The position numbers were made by a program, and so were the translations under genes. Source: an uncultured Deinococcales bacterium (lineage in GTDB: Bacteria > Deinococcota > Deinococci > Deinococcales > JAAFIG01). Taken from it: 39,512 nt of DNA. The notes under the pieces were generated by a model. The model was given only the letters and a program-made list of their open reading frames with translations. It was not told the DNA's origin and searched no databases. Numbering within the stretch: the first letter of the stretch is position 1; each line of letters starts with the position of its first letter. This document shows, in pieces, positions 33,056 through 39,512 of the stretch. Location: positions 12,053 to 51,564 of the forward strand of contig CAXTKV010000010.1 of assembly GCA_964244895.1 (NCBI GenBank), in the 5' to 3' direction.

Positions 33056-35614
33056 ATGCGAAGAATTTTGCCCATCATCGCCCTGTTGCTGACCTGCATC
33101 GCCTTCGCATCGCCGGTCGCGCTGATCATTGACGGCAAGACGTCCACGCTCGAGGGAATCGTTGTCAAGGACGTGCTGTACGTGGCACTGCCGCAGTTCC
33201 TGCAAGCCATCGGTGGCGGGGCGCGCCCGGTCAAGTTCGATCTGAGCGCGCAGACGATCGTGCTGACCAAAGGAGACGGCAAGCTGCAGGTTCCCGTCTC
33301 GATCCAGCTCAAAGACGGGCAGCTGTACGTCGCGGCGCTCGAGGCGGCGCGCGGGCTGGGCTTCAGCGCCAGCCTCAAGGACGCCACCCTGACGCTGACC
33401 GCGCGCGCCACCACGGACACCGCGCCAGCACCGACGACCGGGGCGCTCTACCCGCAGGGCTTCGAGGCCAGCCAGTTCGAATCCGTGGCGCAGGTCTTGA
33501 TCGACGAGTTGGACGGCAACGCGAAGGACAGCCCGAACCTCGAAGCGATCCTGGACGGTTCCGGCGTACCCGTGTACGGCACGACCACCAAGCCCGCCGA
33601 CGCGGACGAACTCGATATTTTCTTGGCGCTGCACCACCCGTTCGCGTCCGCGCTGGAGCTGTTCACCTTGCGAGCCGGGTTCCAACACCGCTTCTTCACC
33701 AGGCTCGAGGATTTCTTTGCGGGTCTCTCAGATCGCGGCGCAACCTCGGGCAGCTCAACCTCGGGCGGCGCGACCTCGAGTGCTGGGGCGATCAGCCCGG
33801 ATCGCGCGCCGGGGCTGGTCGCGGGTTTGTTCGACGGGCCGCCGTCGCGCTCGCAGGTGGTCTTCGCGCTGGTCGGCGCAATCGGGCGCGAGCGCGTCAA
33901 GCGCGGCATCACACTTTCCAGTAAGCGCGACCGCTTCTGGGGCGACGATGCCCTCGACCCGGTGCAACTGCGTTTGCTGGACGCGGTGCTGACCAGCGGC
34001 CCCGGCCCGGAAAGCCGCATCGCAGGCTCGAGCGTCCTACCCGCCGATCTGCGGGACGCGCTGACCCCGGCCTGGATGCAGAACCGCAAACCCGATCTCG
34101 AGCGACGCCCAAACCCGACTGTGGCCTACGGCGCGCAGATGATTCAGATCCCGACGCGCGTGGCGGGCGAGGCGTTGGTCGTGCAGCACATGATGAGCGA
34201 TGTCGCTGACAAGGCCGTCAAACAGAGCGTCAAGGAAGCCTATCCGGGCGCGGCAGAATGGGTGGACAACCAGGTGCAGGACAAGCTCGGTATTCCAATC
34301 GTGCTGCCGATCAGCCCGGAATTATTGGAAGCTACGCTCAAGGGCGACACGTCCCAGATGGCAAAGCTCTGGAGCGGACTGCTCAGAACCGCCGGGATCG
34401 AAACCGTCAAGGAAGGCGGGCGGGTGGCGCTGTGCGGTTCGATCACGCTCTACGGCTACCTGACGAAATTCGAGGCCGACCCCCTGGAGATTCACCACCG
34501 CACCGATGCTGAGGCCGAGGGCAAGAGTTTGAGCAAGCTCAAACTGAGCATCTATTTCAACGAGGATTACCGCAAGAAAGTCTTCAACGACACCGTCCAG
34601 ATCGCATCCAGGCTGGCGGTCAAGAACCCGCCGAAGAACGCTGCCGAACTGCTCGAGCGCCTGGGGTGCCAGGTTCCCGAGCCCGGCCCAGCCAAGGAAA
34701 AAACCGTCGATTGGGAGCTGACCGGCGATCTGGAGCCGCACGCGGAAAGCGGCGTCGTGCAGTTCGCGGACAAGACCACCAACGCCAACGGCGAAGCCAA
34801 AGCCCAACTTCGCGCCATCGACGAGCACACGCCGAAAGCCTTTCGGTTGAGCAAGCAGAGCGCCACCGGCGTGATCTTCGTCAACGTCCGCGACCTGTTG
34901 CCGCACAAGTGGTGGCGCATCGAGGCTGCCGTGCAGTACGGGCAGGATGTTAAGGACGGCAACAGCGCCGGGACGGCCACCAACCGCCTCAAGATCACGT
35001 ACTTCGAGCCGCCAAAATTGACCCTGAAATTTCAATCCACGGTTTCAGCCACCACGAAGGATGGCGCCTTCAAATTCGTGATGGAATCCGAAGTGCCGCT
35101 CGAGGCGAAATTCAGCGGCGATCCGACCGACCCGCGATCCCGGTTCCTGGGCTACGGCGGCGCGGACAGGCTGCGCTACCTCTCGCGCAGCCTGCAAAGC
35201 AAGTGCGCCAAGATCGCCGATGTCGCCGCCGGAATCTTGAACGTCTGGGTGACCTCGGAGAGCTTCGAGAACCCGCAGATCACCGCCGTGCTGAACCCGA
35301 TCCAGAATCCGCCATTGGAAACCTATACGCCGACCAACGCCCCGGACTGTCCGGCGGGACAGCCAGGCCAGGGCGCGGGCTGGCTGAGCCTGTTCCTCGA
35401 GGCGCACAACCTGCAAAGCGAGGTCGGGGCGCTCCAAGGCGGCGCACCGGGCAGCGTGCCCGGCAACGCCCCGCAGTACGGGCTGATCGCCAGAGAGAAC
35501 AAGCAAAACACCAACGTGATGTACCGCAAGACCTACCAGCGCAGCGGCATCAAATTGAACGGTGGCACGATGGATGAGAACACCGAGATCACGCTCGAGG
35601 TGCGCGGAAAATAG
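33056..35614 (+). CDS. large secreted protein of unknown function with N-terminal stalk-like domain
   Basis: GAGGA SD; signal peptide ending AFA; LIIDGK....GIVVKDVLYV.L..F..AIG and KDGQLYV....ARGLG; about 850 aa with GC-biased codons. Confidence 0.8.
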   Translation: MRRILPIIALLLTCIAFASPVALIIDGKTSTLEGIVVKDVLYVALPQFLQAIGGGARPVKFDLSAQTIVLTKGDGKLQVPVSIQLKDGQLYVAALEAARGLGFSASLKDATLTLTARATTDTAPAPTTGALYPQGFEASQFESVAQVLIDELDGNAKDSPNLEAILDGSGVPVYGTTTKPADADELDIFLALHHPFASALELFTLRAGFQHRFFTRLEDFFAGLSDRGATSGSSTSGGATSSAGAISPDRAPGLVAGLFDGPPSRSQVVFALVGAIGRERVKRGITLSSKRDRFWGDDALDPVQLRLLDAVLTSGPGPESRIAGSSVLPADLRDALTPAWMQNRKPDLERRPNPTVAYGAQMIQIPTRVAGEALVVQHMMSDVADKAVKQSVKEAYPGAAEWVDNQVQDKLGIPIVLPISPELLEATLKGDTSQMAKLWSGLLRTAGIETVKEGGRVALCGSITLYGYLTKFEADPLEIHHRTDAEAEGKSLSKLKLSIYFNEDYRKKVFNDTVQIASRLAVKNPPKNAAELLERLGCQVPEPGPAKEKTVDWELTGDLEPHAESGVVQFADKTTNANGEAKAQLRAIDEHTPKAFRLSKQSATGVIFVNVRDLLPHKWWRIEAAVQYGQDVKDGNSAGTATNRLKITYFEPPKLTLKFQSTVSATTKDGAFKFVMESEVPLEAKFSGDPTDPRSRFLGYGGADRLRYLSRSLQSKCAKIADVAAGILNVWVTSESFENPQITAVLNPIQNPPLETYTPTNAPDCPAGQPGQGAGWLSLFLEAHNLQSEVGALQGGAPGSVPGNAPQYGLIARENKQNTNVMYRKTYQRSGIKLNGGTMDENTEITLEVRGK

Positions 35615-35640
35615 CTTCGGGAACCCGAATTCACACCAAA

Positions 35641-35688
35641 GAACACCGTCCAGCACACGATTCTCGAGAATGCGCACTGGACGGTGTT
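35641..35688. repeat. repeat family A, copy 24
   Basis: gaacaccgtccagcacac-gattctcgagaat-gcgcactggacggtgtt. Confidence 0.88.
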
Positions 35689-35742
35689 GTGGAGTCTGTA
35701 CCGACCGAACCCGCCGAGACCGTTTTCGGTTAGGCTCGAAGC

Positions 35743-36513
35743 ATGGATCTCGAACTGAAAGGGAAAGTCGTGCTGATCACGGGCGGGTCTGATGGTCTGG
35801 GTGCGGCCACCGCCCGCAAGCTGGCTGCCGAAGGCGCTCGGGTGGTGATCGGGGCGCGCGGTGCGGACAAGCTTCAGGCCGTGGCCGACGACATCAATGC
35901 TTCCGGTGGCGAGGCTCTGGCGGTCGTGACGGACGTGACCAAATCCGACAATCTCGAGCGTTTCGTCACCGCCTCGCTCGAGCGGTGGGGGCGCGTGGAT
36001 GCGCTGGTGAACAACGCGGGGCGCAGCGCCGCAAAACCCTTCGAGCAGATCGCGGAAGCGGACTGGGCTGAGGATCTGGATCTGAAATTTCACGCCGCCG
36101 TCAGGTTGTCCAGGCTCGTTGTACCGGAGTTGCGCAAGGTCGGCGGCGCGATCATTAACGTGCTGGCCACCGGCGGCAAGACGCCGGGCGCATCTTCGAT
36201 GCCGTCCAGCGTGTCCCGCGCGGCGGGCATGGCCTTGATGAAAGCCATGAGCAAGGACTTGGGCAAGGACAACATCCGCGTCAACGGCGTGCTGATCGGG
36301 TTGGTCGAATCCGATCAGTGGGTTCGGGCGGCTTCCGTCAGGGGTCAGACGCTCGAGCAGGTATACGCGGGCATGGCGGCGCAAATTCCGCTCGGGCGGG
36401 TCGGCAAGGCCGAAGAGTTCGCCGATCTGGTCGCGTTCCTGGTGTCGGCGCGTGCCGCGTTCATCTCGGGTACGGCGATCAATTTCGATGGCGGCATGAG
36501 CGCGGCGGTCTGA
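35743..36513 (+). CDS. short-chain dehydrogenase/reductase with atypical active site
   Basis: TGGSDGLG, LVNNAG, IPLGRVG.AEE; SSVSR where YxxxK is expected. TAGGCT-N6-ATG. Confidence 0.9.
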   Translation: MDLELKGKVVLITGGSDGLGAATARKLAAEGARVVIGARGADKLQAVADDINASGGEALAVVTDVTKSDNLERFVTASLERWGRVDALVNNAGRSAAKPFEQIAEADWAEDLDLKFHAAVRLSRLVVPELRKVGGAIINVLATGGKTPGASSMPSSVSRAAGMALMKAMSKDLGKDNIRVNGVLIGLVESDQWVRAASVRGQTLEQVYAGMAAQIPLGRVGKAEEFADLVAFLVSARAAFISGTAINFDGGMSAAV

Positions 36514-36612
36514 TTCCCGGATGCTCGAGTAGGGCGTTCTCAAATGCGCGATCTCGAGCGAGCACGATTCCTCGAGATCGTGCTGGATACGGGACTCGAG
36601 ATTTGGGCACGA

Positions 36613-36657
36613 AAAACACCGTGCAGCACGTGTTCTGAAATTCGCGTGCTGCACGTT
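36613..36657. repeat. repeat family A, copy 25
   Basis: aaaacaccgtgcagcacg ... cgtgctgcacgtt. Confidence 0.7.
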
Positions 36658-36703
36658 CGCGCCGTCATTCCGTCGTGCCGGAATGAACCTTCTCGAGACA
36701 CCT

Positions 36704-37078
36704 TCAGTTTTTCGCTTCTCGCCCAATTTTCCCCAAATGCGTGTCGCTGAAGCCGGTCGGCAGCTTCAGGCCGTAACCGAGCATCCGATCCCAGGTGATG
36801 TGAAAAAACCAGATCAGGCCGATCAGGACGAGGATGTGCGCGCTTGTGACGACGCCAATCACGATCAGCGCGAGCGGCAACGCGGCGGTGTGAACCAGGT
36901 TGTACGCGCACGCACCGACGCGCGGCCCCGCCAGGTACCCGAGCATGGACAGGTCGGGAACCAGGAACAGCGCGGCGAACAACCACCACGGGCCTTGAAG
37001 GAAGATGTAGGCGAACAGGCTGAAGACCGTGGCGGCGGCGTACTCGAGGCGAATGATCATCGTGGGGTTGATCAGCAT
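36704..37078 (-). CDS. DUF4260-like membrane protein
   Basis: RLE, WWLF..LFL.PDLSMLGYL.GPR.GA..YN..H, HI..DR.LGYGLK...GF.DTHLG. Confidence 0.85.
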   Translation of the reverse strand: MLINPTMIIRLEYAAATVFSLFAYIFLQGPWWLFAALFLVPDLSMLGYLAGPRVGACAYNLVHTAALPLALIVIGVVTSAHILVLIGLIWFFHITWDRMLGYGLKLPTGFSDTHLGKIGREAKN

Positions 37079-37080
37079 CT

Positions 37081-37785
37081 TTACCGCCTCCTGGCGTTCA
37101 GGTTGCGCTCGGCTTCGAGGATCGCGGCGTCCATCTGGGCTTGCGGGTTCTCGAGGGTGTCACCGTGGCCGACGGAGAGCCTGTTGGGGTTCAGGGCGCG
37201 CAGCCGCCTGGCGCTTTCCAGAGCGATTTCTTTATTCCAGGTCGCCCAGGCCGGGAACGGAAAGCGCCATTTGAGCGTGCCTGAGACGGCCAGGCCGCCT
37301 TGAATCTGGAAGGCGTCGCCCGCGATCAGGTTGCCATCGCGCGGGTCGTGGAAGGCGATCTGCCCGATGGCGTGACCCGGCGCGGCGATCACCTCGAGCG
37401 AGCCGACCGTATCGCCGGGAAGCAACAGGCGGGTCGGTCTGGTCTTGCAGGTCATGCCGTTGGGTTTGCCCGTTTCGTCGGGCAGCAGGCTGAGGTCTCC
37501 GGCCAGGATGCGGGCTTCACGGTTTCCGATCAGCACTTCGGCCTCCGGGAGCAGTTCGTGCAGTCTGTCCAGTGAGGCCACGTGGTCGTTGTGGGCGTGG
37601 GTGATGGCGATGCGGCGGATGGGTGCGTTCAGGCTTTTGGCGGCCTCGATGATCTGTCGGGCTTGACCGAGGGCGGTGTCGATCAGGGTCAGGCCGTCCC
37701 GTTCGCGGATCAGGTAGGCGTTGATCGGGAAGGGGAAAGTCTGGGTGAGTTGCGTCAGGTACTGACCGTGGGCGCTGATGTTCAT
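37081..37785 (-). CDS. MBL-fold metallo-hydrolase
   Basis: LTLIDT, ITHAHNDHV (HxHxDH), PGH..G, LIAGDA, VGHG. GAAAGG SD. Confidence 0.92.
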   Translation of the reverse strand: MNISAHGQYLTQLTQTFPFPINAYLIRERDGLTLIDTALGQARQIIEAAKSLNAPIRRIAITHAHNDHVASLDRLHELLPEAEVLIGNREARILAGDLSLLPDETGKPNGMTCKTRPTRLLLPGDTVGSLEVIAAPGHAIGQIAFHDPRDGNLIAGDAFQIQGGLAVSGTLKWRFPFPAWATWNKEIALESARRLRALNPNRLSVGHGDTLENPQAQMDAAILEAERNLNARRR

Positions 37786-37857
37786 GATGCGTTCCTTTCG
37801 TCTGGTGCGATCTTTCTGGCTTCGGGCGATCTAAGACTATGCACGTTAGCCTTGAAT

Positions 37858-37908
37858 GTGAACACTGTACGTCTTGAACTTGAGCCTGTCAAGACGTACA
37901 GTGTTCAC
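37858..37908. promoter_or_regulatory. perfect 20-bp inverted repeat carrying overlapping divergent promoters and probable TetR operators
   Basis: gtgaacactgtacgtcttga-N11-tcaagacgtacagtgttcac. Plus strand TTGAAC(37874)-N17-TACAGT(37897); minus strand TTGACA(37892)-N17-TACAGT(37869). Confidence 0.85.
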
Positions 37909-37910
37909 GT

Positions 37911-38480
37911 ATGCCCTACCCAGCCAAAACCAACCCCGACGCGATCCTCGAGACCGCCATCGAAATTCTCGAACGAGACGGCCCGGACGCCCTTTCCATG
38001 CGCAACCTGGCCGATGCCCTCGAGATCAAAGCCCCCAGCCTGTACCGCCACTACGCCGACAAGGAAGCCCTGGAAATCGCCATCGTCAAATACGGCAACA
38101 CCCTGCTGCAAACCGAATTCGAGCAGGCGACCACCCAGGAATCGGCTTCCCAGGCCGTCCAGGAAGCCTCCAAGGCCTACCTGAACTTCGCCAGAACCCA
38201 CCCCCGGCTCTACAAACTGATGATGGACACGCGCCTGGCCGCGCCCACAGCGGGCACGGGCAAAGCCCTGTGGAACACGGTGCTCAAAGTCATTGGCGAC
38301 GTGACCGGCGAAACGGACGACACACCGGCAGCCGTGGCCCTGTGGGCCTTTCTGCACGGCTTCGCCGAACTCGAGCGTTCGGGTTTGTTCGGCCCGAGCG
38401 GCCCCAAAGGTGGCTTCGAGATCGGGCTGGCAGCGATCATCGAAGGGCTCCCTCGCGCCAGACCGCGCCGATCTCCTTAG
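37911..38480 (+). CDS. TetR/AcrR family regulator (WHG-like C-terminal domain)
   Basis: ILETAIEILERDG..ALSMRNLADALEIKAPSLYRHY.DKE helix-turn-helix; W..LHG. Confidence 0.93.
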   Translation: MPYPAKTNPDAILETAIEILERDGPDALSMRNLADALEIKAPSLYRHYADKEALEIAIVKYGNTLLQTEFEQATTQESASQAVQEASKAYLNFARTHPRLYKLMMDTRLAAPTAGTGKALWNTVLKVIGDVTGETDDTPAAVALWAFLHGFAELERSGLFGPSGPKGGFEIGLAAIIEGLPRARPRRSP

Positions 38481-38490
38481 ACCGCGAACT

Positions 38491-38555
38491 CGAGAACACC
38501 GTCGGGGACGCTATTTCTTGCATACCCAAGGATGCCGTGCCGGACGGTGTTCTCG
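38491..38555. repeat. repeat family A, copy 26
   Basis: cgagaacaccgtcggggacg ... cgtgccggacggtgttctcg. Confidence 0.85.
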
Positions 38556-38624
38556 TCAATACTCGAGAACCCAGAATGCCCCAAACGCACTCGAGGGCCG
38601 CGAGACCTCACGGTAGGATGCCGC

Positions 38625-39512
38625 ATGAAACGATTCCTGGTCTTGATCGCAGCTCTGGCGTGCAGCACGGCACACGCGCAGATCACGCAACCCATCGAGC
38701 GACTGTTCGCCCGACCCGAAATGGCGGGCTTCCGCCAGCAAACCGAAGGCATTTACGCCAGCGGCAACGCGACCATCGCCGTCAAGTTGCGGCGCGGCTT
38801 GCTGGAGCGCACCAACGTGGAACTCTCCAGCGTGGACGGTGCCCGAGCCGGACAGCTTTTCGGAGCCGTCACGGGTTACGGCGACGCGTTCGCCCAGAAC
38901 TTCGCGCAGTACGTGCAGCGCAACGCGCAGGGCATCGCGCGACAACCGAACGGCGTGAGCATCAACGCCGAGGAGTTCAGACTGACCACGCAAATCCGCG
39001 ATGGCAAATTGCGCTTCGACGTGCAACTGAATGAAGTACCCGCGTCAGCCTTCTCGAAAGTCAGGAACGTCGCGGGCAACCCGAACGCACCCGTCGTGAT
39101 CAGGGTTTATTCGGATTTTGAATGCCCGTACTGCGAGCAACTCGACCGCACGCTGATGACCAATTACCGCAAGAACCTGCCCGCCGACGTGCGCCTCGAG
39201 TACCACCACACGCCGCTGGAATCCATCCATCCGCGCGCCCGTCCCGCCGCCGAAGCCAGCGAGTGCGTGGCTGAGCAGGGTCTCTTCTGGGCTTTCCACG
39301 ACGCGCTTTTCATGGATCGGAGCTGGACGAAACTGAACGAGCTCGGGCCGTTTTTTCTGAGCGTGGCCAGCAAGTTGGGCATCGACATGGATCAATTTCG
39401 CGCCTGCGCCTCGAGCCGCAAGTACAAAAACTTGGTTGACGCTGGACTGGCCGAAAGCGCCCGGCTGGGCGTGCAGGGCACACCGACCGTGTTCGTCAAC
39501 GGCTACCGCGTG
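38625..39512 (+). CDS. DsbA-family thiol-disulfide oxidoreductase with N-terminal extra domain; 3' truncated
   Basis: Not in the ORF track (runs off the end). Manual translation: signal MKRFLVLIAALACSTAHA ... GNPNAPVVIRVYSDFECPYC ... HPRARPAAEASEC.AEQG.FW.FHD.LF ... LGVQGTPTVFVNG. TAGGAT-N5-ATG. Confidence 0.9.
   Translation, partial: MKRFLVLIAALACSTAHAQITQPIERLFARPEMAGFRQQTEGIYASGNATIAVKLRRGLLERTNVELSSVDGARAGQLFGAVTGYGDAFAQNFAQYVQRNAQGIARQPNGVSINAEEFRLTTQIRDGKLRFDVQLNEVPASAFSKVRNVAGNPNAPVVIRVYSDFECPYCEQLDRTLMTNYRKNLPADVRLEYHHTPLESIHPRARPAAEASECVAEQGLFWAFHDALFMDRSWTKLNELGPFFLSVASKLGIDMDQFRACASSRKYKNLVDAGLAESARLGVQGTPTVFVNGYRV

Overview
GC-rich bacterial chromosomal DNA, very likely from a Deinococcota (Deinococcus-Thermus) member: it encodes the phylum-typical complex I subunit Nqo15, and many genes have leaderless TAnnnT-N5-7-ATG starts. 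Genes include an NfeD-like gene (partial), phosphomannose isomerase, xanthine dehydrogenase xdhAB, a Vsr/DUF559-like nuclease, a DTE-motif xanthorhodopsin-type proton pump with a signal peptide plus a small 2-TM downstream gene, deoB, a GNAT, a PrcB-type lipoprotein, two tandem paralogues of unknown function, nqo15, mscL, a full System I cytochrome c maturation region (ccdA, ccmA-H, a CcmI/TPR-cytochrome c fusion, a Rieske protein), a class A PBP, a response regulator, an acyl-CoA ligase, three secreted or outer-membrane genes, an SDR, a TetR/MBL-fold/DUF4260 divergon and a partial DsbA. The non-coding DNA is the most unusual part. (1) About 26 loci of a degenerate palindromic repeat (GAGAACACCGT-N5-ACGGTGTTCTC units, usually paired into 45-65 bp hairpins) occupy most intergenic gaps. 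(2) At four repeat-filled junctions inside operons (xdhA-xdhB, ccmA-ccmB, ccmE-ccmF, regulator-PBP) the inserted DNA forms stop-free mini-ORFs joined to both neighbours by 4-bp ATGA/GTGA overlaps; at two more junctions the repeat is fused in frame to a protein N-terminus. (3) CTCGAG is strongly over-represented. No rRNA, tRNA, CRISPR array or transposase was recognised. All calls were made by eye, without database searches.
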